A DNA stretch of 64,000 nucleotides. Origin: an uncultured Candidatus Saccharibacteria bacterium. Its GTDB lineage: Bacteria > Patescibacteriota > Minisyncoccia > Phycocordibacterales > JAACPR01. The DNA is taken from positions 163,059 through 227,058 of the forward strand of contig CAZIEY010000001.1 of assembly GCA_964538855.1 (NCBI GenBank), written 5' to 3'. Of the stretch, positions 27,164-36,572 are shown piece by piece (positions within the stretch are counted from its first letter, which is position 1; the number at the start of each line of letters is the position of its first letter). The notes under the pieces are model-generated. The model was given only the letters and a program-made list of their open reading frames with translations. It made no database searches and had not been told where the DNA came from. The translations under genes were made by a program, and so were the position numbers.

Positions 27164-27778
27164 TCAGGCGCGGGGACGACGCAACCACGCATACCAGACA
27201 GCAACCACTGCTCCGAGCGTATTAAAAACTAAATCAAGCGACGTGTTCACATACCCACCTACCCCATTTCCTGGGAATAATAATGTCGCAATAAATTCGA
27301 CAATCTCGTTAATAACACCAAGTCCCATACCCGCAAGCACTGCAATGATGTACACACCGACCTTATTTCTATCTGGCTGATAGCGACGTAAAAAGTGCAG
27401 CATAGTACGCGCCGCGAGACCAAAACCAAATGCATGCACAACCTGATCATACTTCAACAAAATCATCTCACCACCACCGTTATAAAGCGGGATTAATTGC
27501 ACACCATACAAAACTGTTCCACCGACTTTGACACTTCCCCCTGCAAGATGGAGCAATGCCCACACCGATAATCCCCACACGACACCGCGCGACAATTGCG
27601 ACTTTGGCAAAGTTCCGATCACAAGTACAATCAGTAAAATCACCACCGCGATATACCAAATAAATTCACCGTTGTCCTGCAACAAAAAATACGCAGTGAA
27701 AGGAACGAGATACGCGAGCGTAAACACGACAAGCCATTTGTAATCCCTGAGTGATTGGACAAAACTTTTCATGAGCAC
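27164..27778 (-). CDS. Conserved multi-pass membrane protein (paralog of 37934-38377)
   Basis: 204 aa. Shared motif pattern VINEIVEF...SLDLVFNTLGAVVA versus LAWEVWELF...ILDIIMDTLGGIAA. Confidence 0.5.
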   Translation of the reverse strand: MLMKSFVQSLRDYKWLVVFTLAYLVPFTAYFLLQDNGEFIWYIAVVILLIVLVIGTLPKSQLSRGVVWGLSVWALLHLAGGSVKVGGTVLYGVQLIPLYNGGGEMILLKYDQVVHAFGFGLAARTMLHFLRRYQPDRNKVGVYIIAVLAGMGLGVINEIVEFIATLLFPGNGVGGYVNTSLDLVFNTLGAVVAVWYAWLRRPRA

Positions 27779-27781
27779 ATC

Positions 27782-28045
27782 TTAGCACAAATACCCCTCT
27801 TGTTTCAAAATCTTTTTCTTTTCCTCTGCCCCGCGATTGTACTGACCGAGCTTCCCATCCGACCGAATCACACGATGACATGGCACGTCGGGGCGATAAT
27901 TTTTCGATAAAATCGTTCCGACGGCACGAACCGCACGCGGTGAACCAACACAACGTGCCACTTCTGCGTACGTGAATACCGAGCCACGCGGGATTTGTGC
28001 GACCACTGCAAGGACCTTTTCAGTAAATTGGTTTTTGTTATTCAT
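27782..28045 (-). CDS. MGMT-family protein (methylated-DNA-protein-cysteine methyltransferase DNA-binding domain only)
   Basis: 87 aa with the PCHRVI active-site motif and a helix-turn-wing. Confidence 0.75.
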   Translation of the reverse strand: MNNKNQFTEKVLAVVAQIPRGSVFTYAEVARCVGSPRAVRAVGTILSKNYRPDVPCHRVIRSDGKLGQYNRGAEEKKKILKQEGYLC

Positions 28046-28129
28046 ATTGACTTTTATTCACAATACAATAATATTGTGCAGGCTCTTGTTCATTTCGTCA
28101 AATCACACCCCTAACTCAAGGAGAAGTGC

Positions 28130-28403
28130 CGTGCCAAAACCAAAGCAGAAATTAGCACAACTGCAACTGAAAGTAGTGCGTCCGATTAACGCCACAAACA
28201 TTCAAACGAACACGCATGTGTCGCTACGCCCTGGAACATACATCGTTGAGTATATTGAACGCGCATGGGAGCCAGGAAGCATACGAACATGGATTGTTGA
28301 TACCAAAACTCAAATTGGAGTTCTTCTGGAACAGCTCAAACACGAACGCAATGCGACGCTATATGAAAATGGAGTAAGCATCAAGAAAAAGAAGAAGTCA
28401 TAA
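28130..28403 (+). CDS. Hypothetical protein (GTG start after AAGGAG)
   Basis: The ORF opens at 27972 but overlaps the MGMT gene. GTG at 28130 has an RBS 7 nt upstream. About 91 aa, Lys-rich tail. Confidence 0.4.
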
Positions 28404-28423
28404 TTTCAACCACTACTATCCAC

Positions 28424-28450
28424 ACGCACCCAATGTTGTTGGGTGCGTGT
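28424..28450. terminator. Hairpin terminator between convergent genes
   Basis: Perfect 11-bp stem cacgcacccaa/ttgggtgcgtg with loop tgttg. Confidence 0.5.
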
Positions 28451-28451
28451 C

Positions 28452-30284
28452 TCACTTATTCTTCATTAATCGTTCTAACTCAGCAATATCTGCTTCGATT
28501 TGAGCGAGGCCTTCTTCAAAAAATTTCGGGTGACGCACGTCGATGCCGACTGACGCAAAAATATCCTCGGGACTCGCACTGCCACCTGCTGACAAAAATT
28601 GTTCAATTTTTGCTCTATACGTAGCATCTTTTTTATACTTTGCAAATAATGCATCGCTCACTAATTCCCCGAACGCATACGAGTACACATAGAAATGTTT
28701 CCGAATATGTGACCAACCCACGAAAAAATACCCATCCTCTGGTTTGATTTTGAATACAGGACCGAGATATGCCGACATATGTTTGTTCATTAACTGTGCT
28801 AAATCTTCTTTTGATGCAAAACCTTTTGATCGCACCAACATGTGTGCATCATGTTCAAAATTGAAACACGCAATTTGACGAAACACAGAACTTATCTTTC
28901 CAGAAATTTTATCATGAAGTGCAATGATTTTTTCTGCTTCAGATAAACGACCGAACGCCTCTTCAAATACAAGATTCTCAAAAAACGTACTCGCCACTTC
29001 AGCAACAGCAATTGTATAATCATTGTACAGCGGTCTCTGAGCCTTTGAAAGTTCGCTATGAAAGGCATGTCCCATTTCGTGTCCGAATGTCATCACTGAA
29101 TTGAAATTGTTCGCGTGATTAAGCAACACAAAATTCGGGATATTGTATGCACCCCAACAATATGCTCCACCTCTTTTACCCTTTTTCGCAAACACATCAA
29201 TTTGACCATTTAATAGATACGAATTCAAAATCTTCACGTATTTTTTATCAAATGGCGCAAATGCTTTTTGCAAAATATCGACAGCATCTGCAAATAGAAA
29301 CGGTGTTTTTGTGTCTCCAATTTCAGCACCACGATCTGCATATTCCAAATATTTCTCCTTCATCATACGCGCCTTAAGTTTAAAAAAACGATGTGAAATT
29401 GGAAAATGTTTCGTCACCACTGACACAAGTGTATCGACGGTCGCTTCCTCATTTTGATACGACATCACAGTGTTTGAATACGGTTTTTTGAAACCACGCA
29501 ATTCATCAATGACATTTTTTCGATAGAACAACGCATTGATTTCTGCCTCCGCAAAATCCGATATCTCAATCATCTTTTGCATCAACATATTCCACATCAT
29601 ACGACGCTCTGTGATGGGTAAGCTATAATATCGTCCAAAAGCTTCGGTGACAGGCATCAACACCCCTTTCCACATTATTTCCTGCTTATTTAAAACTTTT
29701 TGAAGCCCGTCGATCCACATTTCTCGAGCTGGCTGATTGAGGCGAGTCAAGATCTTTTCTTCCGCCTCCGACAAATCGTGTTGAGCAGTGTTCCAAATTA
29801 CATGTAGAAAGTAACTGTACGGCGCAAGCACTTTCTCTTTTCTAAACTTCTGTTGAATTGCCACGGAAATACGGCCGATATCCAACGTAAAAAATATAAA
29901 CCTATTCAAAATTTTGTCATAGCGATTTTCTATATCGGTCATACGAGCACGAATAGTAGTGTCACCATGATTTGTATCTCGCCGGAAATAAAAATAAATA
30001 CGAGGACGAATACAACCAGGGTGTGAAATTAAAATCTCGTAATCTTTACAGGCGCTCGCAAGCGTTTTTGCAGTTGTAAGCCATTTCTTATTTATGCTGT
30101 ATTTTCTCTCGAATACTGCAACAGCTAACTCGAAATCTGCAACATCGCGCATAATCTGAGGATCATTATCACCTTTATATATAAGCCCTAAATTCCATTC
30201 AGTTTGCATGCGTGGCTGTTTCGGGATGCGAGGTTGTGATGCGTTGTTTTTCATGGGTTTTATCATAGCAAGTGGCTTTATCAA
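28452..30284 (-). CDS. pepF: Oligoendopeptidase F (M3B family)
   Basis: 610 aa with the HEMGHAFHS zinc motif and a downstream E. Confidence 0.85.
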   Translation of the reverse strand: MIKPLAMIKPMKNNASQPRIPKQPRMQTEWNLGLIYKGDNDPQIMRDVADFELAVAVFERKYSINKKWLTTAKTLASACKDYEILISHPGCIRPRIYFYFRRDTNHGDTTIRARMTDIENRYDKILNRFIFFTLDIGRISVAIQQKFRKEKVLAPYSYFLHVIWNTAQHDLSEAEEKILTRLNQPAREMWIDGLQKVLNKQEIMWKGVLMPVTEAFGRYYSLPITERRMMWNMLMQKMIEISDFAEAEINALFYRKNVIDELRGFKKPYSNTVMSYQNEEATVDTLVSVVTKHFPISHRFFKLKARMMKEKYLEYADRGAEIGDTKTPFLFADAVDILQKAFAPFDKKYVKILNSYLLNGQIDVFAKKGKRGGAYCWGAYNIPNFVLLNHANNFNSVMTFGHEMGHAFHSELSKAQRPLYNDYTIAVAEVASTFFENLVFEEAFGRLSEAEKIIALHDKISGKISSVFRQIACFNFEHDAHMLVRSKGFASKEDLAQLMNKHMSAYLGPVFKIKPEDGYFFVGWSHIRKHFYVYSYAFGELVSDALFAKYKKDATYRAKIEQFLSAGGSASPEDIFASVGIDVRHPKFFEEGLAQIEADIAELERLMKNK

Positions 30285-30421
30285 AATCCATCCTTAGAAC
30301 TTCTTTACAAAGATCTCAACCCGATAGAACATCATAATTCCTCGTGCAGGCAAATATACACTGATGTGTTCAGGCATACAGCAGCACCCCCGCAGACTCC
30401 CACAGAGTCTGCGGTTCTTTT

Positions 30422-31408
30422 TTATTCTCCTAACACATTCCACACCCGCGGATCACCCTGTCCCAAAGCCCATGCAGACATTCCCCGTAAACCGCGATCT
30501 TCCACTATTTTCTGCTTCAGCTCAATACTGTCGATATTGTCGCACCAAATTTTCATCTCGGCTTTCCCTTGTATAAAGCTAAAAAACTCCGCGCCGAGAG
30601 CTTTATCAAATCCAGTTTCGCGATCCGCACCCTTCTTATAATTTTTCTTGGCAAGATAATAGGTAGTCGCTCCCATGCGCACACCGTTCTGCCACTGCCA
30701 ACAATACATCGGAATTCCGAGTGACATTTTTTCAGCAGGCACCAGTTTCACCAAATAATCGAGGGCCGCGTTCACATACGGCAAAGACGCAACGGGACCA
30801 ACTGATCGCGGATCATCGTATGTCATAAGCGACAAAAAATCGACATGAGATGCGAGGTTTTTATAGTCATACGCACTCGACCAATCCTGATATGCTGAAT
30901 TTGGGTTGTAGTCGTTGTTACGCACAATCACTGCCACACTAAATTGCAAATTATTTTTCTTCATCTCAGCGCCAGCCTTTGCCACGAACGCGGTGTACAA
31001 ATTTCGATCACGATGGTTGATATTTTCAAAATCAAATTGCCAACCAATGTATTTATACTTTTTTGCTTCATCAAGCATAAAATCAATGATCGAGTCTTGA
31101 ACCTCCGGAGAGGTGAGAATCTTTGTCATGAGAGCCCGATCGAAATTGTCTTGCACCAGAAGAGGCATAGTTGGCACGCGTTTTTTCTCGATTTCGCGAT
31201 GAATTTTTTTTGAAACGTTCATCGTAATCTTGAAATCGGGTCCGACTTCATATATTTGCGGAGCAAAGATCCCGATATCTTTTGCATGTTTCTTAAATTC
31301 TTTGAGTCCGTCTTTATTACTGTAGAAATAAAATAAATTTTCAGCACCCACGGTCAAAGGCATAGTCACAAAAGTAATCGCGAGAAGGATTGCAGTAATG
31401 CGTTTCAT
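30422..31408 (-). CDS. Secreted glycoside hydrolase family 18-like protein
   Basis: Signal peptide. A (beta/alpha)8-like layout with IGWQFDFENI, a variant of the GH18 DxxDxDxE catalytic motif. Confidence 0.5.
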   Translation of the reverse strand: MKRITAILLAITFVTMPLTVGAENLFYFYSNKDGLKEFKKHAKDIGIFAPQIYEVGPDFKITMNVSKKIHREIEKKRVPTMPLLVQDNFDRALMTKILTSPEVQDSIIDFMLDEAKKYKYIGWQFDFENINHRDRNLYTAFVAKAGAEMKKNNLQFSVAVIVRNNDYNPNSAYQDWSSAYDYKNLASHVDFLSLMTYDDPRSVGPVASLPYVNAALDYLVKLVPAEKMSLGIPMYCWQWQNGVRMGATTYYLAKKNYKKGADRETGFDKALGAEFFSFIQGKAEMKIWCDNIDSIELKQKIVEDRGLRGMSAWALGQGDPRVWNVLGE

Positions 31409-31424
31409 ATATTACCATTCTAAC

Positions 31425-32369
31425 ATGCATGAAATATTGTTGTACTATAAATACACGAAAATCGCCGATCCCAAGCAATTAACACAGGATCAGCTCGCGC
31501 TTTGCAAATCCCTTGGACTCAAGGGGCGAATTTTGATTTCTCACGAAGGCATCAACGGAACGCTTGGTGGCTTACCAGAAAATACACAAAAATACATCGA
31601 CGCGATGAAGGCCGATGCAAGGTTTCAAGATATACACTGGAAAAGAAGCACTGGCCCAGCCGACGCATTCCCCCGCCTCTCGGTTCGTGCTCGCAAAGAA
31701 ATTGTTACAGGACGTCTAAGTACTCACGAGGTTGACCCAAACCAAATCACAGGAAAACGTCTCACACCCGACGAGTTACATCGCTGGTTCCAGGAGAAAA
31801 AAGATTTTGTCATTATCGACATGCGCAACAGCTACGAATATCGCTTCGGACATTTTCGCAATTCAATTGATCCAGGAATGGAGAACTTTTACGACCTTCC
31901 CAAAAAAGTCGCAGATCTCAAAAAGAAATACAAAGACAAAACGGTTCTGACTGTATGCACAGGTGGTGTACGTTGCGAAAAAGCGTCCGGCGTCCTAGTC
32001 AAAAATGGTTTTGGCGATGTCTACCAATTGGATGGTGGAATGGTCAGTTACATGGAAAAATATCCAGCTGAAAATTATGACGGGTCCCTTTTCGTGTTCG
32101 ATAAACGCCAAAACGTCTATTTCGAAAGCCCAGAAAAACACGTCGTGATCAGTCACTGCGATTACTGTAATGCTAAAAGTGAAATCATGCGCAACTGTCG
32201 CGACTCATTCTGCAACGGCAGAATGGTTTCATGCGAAAAATGTATGCCCACAGATCGCTGTCGTGAATGTCCAAAATGTGAAAAGCTCCCCGCCTTTTTC
32301 AAATCACTTCGTCGAGTCTATAAAAGAGTTCTTCAGTGGTGGAAAACAGTCGTGATAAAGAATACCTAA
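31425..32369 (+). CDS. trhO: tRNA uridine(34) hydroxylase TrhO (rhodanese domain, UPF0176/YceA family) with Cys-rich C-terminus
   Basis: LLYYKY...GRILISHEGINGTLGG N-domain. Rhodanese active site CTGGVRCEKAS. C-terminal CxxC clusters. Internal Met chosen because the ORF start at 31398 overlaps the divergent gene. Confidence 0.75.
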   Translation: MHEILLYYKYTKIADPKQLTQDQLALCKSLGLKGRILISHEGINGTLGGLPENTQKYIDAMKADARFQDIHWKRSTGPADAFPRLSVRARKEIVTGRLSTHEVDPNQITGKRLTPDELHRWFQEKKDFVIIDMRNSYEYRFGHFRNSIDPGMENFYDLPKKVADLKKKYKDKTVLTVCTGGVRCEKASGVLVKNGFGDVYQLDGGMVSYMEKYPAENYDGSLFVFDKRQNVYFESPEKHVVISHCDYCNAKSEIMRNCRDSFCNGRMVSCEKCMPTDRCRECPKCEKLPAFFKSLRRVYKRVLQWWKTVVIKNT

Positions 32370-32806
32370 ATTTTGCCCGCTAGAAATTCTTTGGATGCGT
32401 CGACTAAAAAATTACTCGAAAGCACCACTCGACCGATTAAAACAGGATTGTGCATATTTGTGCGATTGTTCAAACCGATTTTTATATGCATTTCGCGTGA
32501 ACCAATCACAAGCGGTGTCCTGATAATGTAACGTGGTGATGTTACCCCATTCGCATCGCGAACCCGCTTTTTTGTGTAATCAGGCGTCTCATGAACAGTG
32601 TCTTTATATTCTGGGTGCGAAGTATCTAAAAGTGAAAATTGGAGGAACTTTTTTCCGTCGCGCTCGACTTCACCAATGATATCAGCATGAATGCATCCGT
32701 TATATGCACCGGAATCAATTTTTGCAACCACGTTACGTATATTAAACTGAGGGAATGAAACATATTCCCGACGTCCAACCATCATTTTGAGATCTGCTTT
32801 TTCCAT
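32366..32806 (-). CDS. Retropepsin-like putative protease (DUF785, RimK-associated)
   Basis: 146 aa with the VAKIDSGAY motif (Asp-Ser-Gly of the acid-protease fold). Immediately downstream of a RimK-like ligase. Confidence 0.6.
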   Translation of the reverse strand: MEKADLKMMVGRREYVSFPQFNIRNVVAKIDSGAYNGCIHADIIGEVERDGKKFLQFSLLDTSHPEYKDTVHETPDYTKKRVRDANGVTSPRYIIRTPLVIGSREMHIKIGLNNRTNMHNPVLIGRVVLSSNFLVDASKEFLAGKI

Positions 32807-32810
32807 CTTT

Positions 32811-33677
32811 TTATCCTAGCATATTCTGTTGTCGAACCACAGATTCAAAATACTCTGCCATCACATCAGATATATCGACGCCGGTCACCTCTTTAACTTG
32901 CTTTATACCGGGAATTTCATTTGTCTCGATAAAATATAGATCCCCAGTATTCTTGTCTTGCATTAGATCAACTCCCACAATTTCACAACCGATAAACGAA
33001 GATGCCACTTTTTCTGCCATAAGAAATATTTGTTGCAATAACGCAGCGTCAGTAACTTTTTCCATGCTACCACCCTGGGAGACATTGGCTTTAAAACTGT
33101 CACCTGATGGCACTCGTTTATACGCACAGACTGCCTTGCCTCCAACCACATGAATACGAAAATCGCCATCGTTTGGGATAAATTGCTGATACAGCAATTC
33201 GGAACTACTCATTGTCTGCCGTGCATTATCGTATTCTTCCTTGCTTTTTATCAAATATACTTTTTTGCCACGACTTCCAAATGCCGCTTTCATCACAAAA
33301 GGAGTACCGAGTAATTCAATCAATCGTTCATATGAAGCATCTCTCTGAACAATAGTTTTCGGAGTGCGAATATTATTGTTCGCCACTACATATGTTTGAG
33401 TAATTTTGTTCAAGGCTCGTGTATCTTCCAAGAAGAGACGGTTCACAAAAGGAATTTTGTGAGCTTTCAAATAATCCAAGAGACACATTCGACCAGTAAT
33501 TCCGGCGCTATTCCAATAATACACAAGATCAATCCCTGACACATCAAATTTTTCTGGATGCGTAATATCGAAATACAAATAATTATTTGTCGTGACTGTA
33601 TGCCCCCTGTTCTCGAGCGCGATACGCAACAACCTCGTGGTCAAGGTTTCCTTATTTTGAAAGATATGAATATTCAT
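32811..33677 (-). CDS. RimK-family ATP-grasp ligase
   Basis: ATP-grasp motifs (VMKAAFGSRGKKVYL, IVGVDLMQDKNTGDLYFIETNEIPG). Internal Met MNIHIF chosen; the ORF runs to 33749. Confidence 0.75.
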   Translation of the reverse strand: MNIHIFQNKETLTTRLLRIALENRGHTVTTNNYLYFDITHPEKFDVSGIDLVYYWNSAGITGRMCLLDYLKAHKIPFVNRLFLEDTRALNKITQTYVVANNNIRTPKTIVQRDASYERLIELLGTPFVMKAAFGSRGKKVYLIKSKEEYDNARQTMSSSELLYQQFIPNDGDFRIHVVGGKAVCAYKRVPSGDSFKANVSQGGSMEKVTDAALLQQIFLMAEKVASSFIGCEIVGVDLMQDKNTGDLYFIETNEIPGIKQVKEVTGVDISDVMAEYFESVVRQQNMLG

Positions 33678-33780
33678 AAATATCATTACAAGATAACATC
33701 TTTTGAACACATTGCAATGCAAAACCGACTTTAACCCCAACATTTTCATTCGGCTGGACTAATGCTACAATGCAATTTAT

Positions 33781-34644
33781 ATGAATCAAAAAATTTGCCT
33801 ATTCACATCAAATGTTCAATATTATTCGACGCAACGTTTTGTTGAGGAAGCCAAAAAAATTCCAGTCGAACTCTCGATTGCAACATACGAAGATCTTCAT
33901 ATCGATCTCAACAACGAGACTTCATGGATGCGTGCTGGTGCAGAATCTCTGGATAATTACACCCATTTCATTTTTCGAAATAGCAAAGGCATGAGAGACA
34001 TTCGAAAAACAGTTGCAGGTTTTCTCAAAGACAAAACAATTTTGAATAAAGAAATTCTTTCTGCGACAGATATTTCTACAAAATTGTATAAGACAATGCT
34101 CCTAGGACAGGCGAACCTCCCTATCGTCGGATCAATCACCGCAACCTCAGACGAAAATTTCAAAGAGTTGGCTCGGCACACGCTTCGTACATACGGAAAA
34201 ATAATTATCAAACCAACTGATGGCACACACGGAAAAGGAATTTCTCTCATCACAAGCGAGGCGGAACTCGACGCATGGAAAAAAGAATCCCACGATTACA
34301 TAATTCAGGAATACATCGAATCTGATTCGGATGTACGCATTTTAGTGCTCGGTGATACGGTGCTCGGTGGAATGAAACGAATTAAAAAAGCCGGAGAATT
34401 TCGAGCCAACGTTTCTCAGGGTGCACACACAGAAATTTTTGATGTTTCGGCTGACTTACAAAAAATTGCGATCGCTGCGACAAAATGTTTAAAATTAGAT
34501 TTTGCTGGTGTCGACATTATTTTCGATCGCAACAACACACCATTTATATTGGAAGTTAACTCTGCTCCACAATTTGAAGGGTTTGAAAAAGCGACAGGTG
34601 TAAATGTTGCGGGGATGATATTGAAGTTTTTGTTAAGTAAATAA
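33781..34644 (+). CDS. RimK-family ATP-grasp ligase (second copy, divergent)
   Basis: IIKPTDGTHGKGISLI and FAGVDIIFDRNNTPFILEVNSAPQF motifs. Confidence 0.75.
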   Translation: MNQKICLFTSNVQYYSTQRFVEEAKKIPVELSIATYEDLHIDLNNETSWMRAGAESLDNYTHFIFRNSKGMRDIRKTVAGFLKDKTILNKEILSATDISTKLYKTMLLGQANLPIVGSITATSDENFKELARHTLRTYGKIIIKPTDGTHGKGISLITSEAELDAWKKESHDYIIQEYIESDSDVRILVLGDTVLGGMKRIKKAGEFRANVSQGAHTEIFDVSADLQKIAIAATKCLKLDFAGVDIIFDRNNTPFILEVNSAPQFEGFEKATGVNVAGMILKFLLSK

Positions 34645-34700
34645 AAAAGGCCTGAAGCGCGATGCGTGTGTTTGTGTCCACGCATCGCAACCTCAGAGCC

Positions 34701-34883
34701 TCACGGGAGATTGGGGTCATGACCCCAGCCATGTCCGACCGCTTCGGAAAGCGGCTTTTTGTAGCCGGGATTGCCTACAGCCTCCTGGATCACTGGCGCG
34801 AGCAACGCGACCAGCAAAATGACGATCACGACTACAATGAGGAAGAACAGAAATGCCTCCCCCTTCTTTTTTTGGAACTTCAT
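34701..34883 (-). CDS. Small single-TM protein with Pro/Gly-rich tail
   Basis: 60 aa. Lys-rich N-terminus, one TM segment, PGYKKP...GHGWGHDP tail. Confidence 0.4.
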   Translation of the reverse strand: MKFQKKKGEAFLFFLIVVVIVILLVALLAPVIQEAVGNPGYKKPLSEAVGHGWGHDPNLP

Positions 34884-35055
34884 GCAGTTCTCCTTATGGA
34901 CTATGGATTGAAGGATCGAATCAATCGATCTTTATTATAATAGCACAAATATATTATTTGGTCAATAACCGAAATGTCTGCCCTTACCGAATAAATAAAA
35001 CAAGAGGTTGAGGCGCGAACTTAATCACACCACAACCTCTGTACCCCCCAGACCT

Positions 35056-35223
35056 TTAACGGCTGGGTGTATTGGGATGAGGTACCCCGCCGTCCGGACT
35101 CTGGTCCGTTGGCTGCTGATTGACCACCGCAAAGATGAAGATCAATAGCATGAGCAGAATCAGCATTTCGAAGAAAATGATGACCGGTGCTCCACCACTC
35201 TTTTTCCCGCTTACCTTTTTCAC
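35056..35223 (-). CDS. Small single-TM protein, paralog of 34701-34883 (below the ORF-track size cut-off)
   Basis: Hand translation gives VKKVSGKKSGGAPVIIFFEMLILLMLLIFIFAVVNQQPTDQSPDGGVPHPNTPSR. GTG start with AGGAG 7 nt upstream. Same architecture as the 34701-34883 protein. Confidence 0.35.
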   Translation of the reverse strand: MKKVSGKKSGGAPVIIFFEMLILLMLLIFIFAVVNQQPTDQSPDGGVPHPNTPSR

Positions 35224-35301
35224 GTCAGAACTCCTGATTTCGGTTTTTTCAGATGAGGTTCATTCCGCTGCCAAAACACACTCTATCACAACCTCAAAAC
35301 A

Positions 35302-35330
35302 TTGCAAAACAGCCATAAACATGGTAATAT
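35302..35330 (+). promoter_or_regulatory. Sigma70-like promoter upstream of infC (TTGCAA-17-TAATAT)
   Basis: -35 at 35302-35307, 17-nt spacer, -10 at 35325-35330. Confidence 0.45.
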
Positions 35331-35374
35331 CTTTGACACGATTGCTTATGCGGCAACGTTTTTAATTACCCACT

Positions 35375-35911
35375 TTGTTCGAGAATAAATTCATAAAACG
35401 CAGAGAAAGTCGCGCCCGCTACAACGGGCAAATTCGGGCTAAAGAATTGCGAGTTGTCGGTCCTGCCGGCGAAAACCTCGGAATTCTGTCGCTTGCAGAC
35501 GCATTGTCTGCGGCACATCAAGCCGGACTTGACCTCATTGAAATTTCAGCCACTTCCATTCCAGCGGTTGCAAAAATCGCAGATTATGGTAAATTTCTCT
35601 ACGAACAAAAGAAAAAGCAAAAGGTAGCAAAAGCCAAGGCTACTACAGTAGAAGTCAAGAACATTCAGGTAAAAGTAGGTACAGACGACAATGACCTTGG
35701 TATCAAAGCCAAAAAGGCGTCGGAATGGCTCGCCGAAGGTCACAGATTGAAAGTCGATCTCTTCCTCCCTGGCCGAACGAAATACATGGATAAAACCTTC
35801 CTTGAAAGTCGAATCGATCGCCTTCTGAAACTTCTCACTGTTGAATACAAAATCGCAGAGCCAGCGAAAAAGAGCCTCAAAGGTCTGACGATGATTGTTG
35901 AAAAGAAATAG
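35375..35911 (+). CDS. infC: Translation initiation factor IF-3
   Basis: INGQIRAKELRVVGPAGENLGIL N-domain and C-domain motifs. Non-ATG start (TTG), as is usual for infC. Confidence 0.85.
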   Translation: MFENKFIKRRESRARYNGQIRAKELRVVGPAGENLGILSLADALSAAHQAGLDLIEISATSIPAVAKIADYGKFLYEQKKKQKVAKAKATTVEVKNIQVKVGTDDNDLGIKAKKASEWLAEGHRLKVDLFLPGRTKYMDKTFLESRIDRLLKLLTVEYKIAEPAKKSLKGLTMIVEKK

Positions 35912-35938
35912 CCTACGAAAAAGCGAAATAACAAAAAC

Positions 35939-36133
35939 ATGAAAAAGACACACAAATCATTTGCAAAGAGACTTAAAGTTACCAAAAAAGGTAAAGTTAT
36001 TGCGCGTAATCCTGGCCAAAACCACTTCAATGCAAAAGAAAGCCGCCGAAGCCAACTTGCCGACAAACGTTCAGTTGATTTGCGAGACCGTCTCAGCAAA
36101 AAAGAAATTAATCACTTTATTACTAACCTTTAA
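35939..36133 (+). CDS. rpmI: 50S ribosomal protein L35
   Basis: 64 aa, MKKTHKSFAKRLKVTKKGK. Confidence 0.9.
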   Translation: MKKTHKSFAKRLKVTKKGKVIARNPGQNHFNAKESRRSQLADKRSVDLRDRLSKKEINHFITNL

Positions 36134-36155
36134 TTATTAAGTAACCGCCACACAT

Positions 36156-36503
36156 ATGTCACGAGTAAAACGAGGAGTTATGGCCAACAAGAAGCGCAAA
36201 AATGTGCTTGCGATGACCAAAGGTTATCGATTCGGCCGAAGCAAAAAAGAAGCTCAAGCAAAAGAAGCCATTCGACACGCTGGTCGTTACGCATTCCGAG
36301 ACCGACGAGCAAAGAAACGAACTGCACGCCAAGTTTGGACAATTAAAATCAACGCGGCGCTCGATGCAGCAGGTATCAGCTACAGCAAATTCATCGGTGC
36401 AATGAAAAAGAAAAACATTGAACTCGATCGAAAAGTGCTCGCACAACTCGCCGAAACTCACGCAACTGCGTTTGCAAAAGTGGTAGAAGCGGTTAACAAG
36501 TAA
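36156..36503 (+). CDS. rplT: 50S ribosomal protein L20
   Basis: 115 aa, RVKRGV.A.KRRK..L..TKGYRG. Confidence 0.9.
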   Translation: MSRVKRGVMANKKRKNVLAMTKGYRFGRSKKEAQAKEAIRHAGRYAFRDRRAKKRTARQVWTIKINAALDAAGISYSKFIGAMKKKNIELDRKVLAQLAETHATAFAKVVEAVNK

Positions 36504-36517
36504 GACTCAAATAAAAT

Positions 36518-36572
36518 AAAAAGCCTCTAGTTTCTCTCTTCCGAACCGAAACTAGAGGCTTTTTATTTTATT
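36518..36572. terminator. Bidirectional rho-independent terminator
   Basis: Perfect stem agcctctagttt/aaactagaggct flanked by A-rich and T-rich runs, between convergent rplT and the 36568-37980 gene. Confidence 0.7.
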
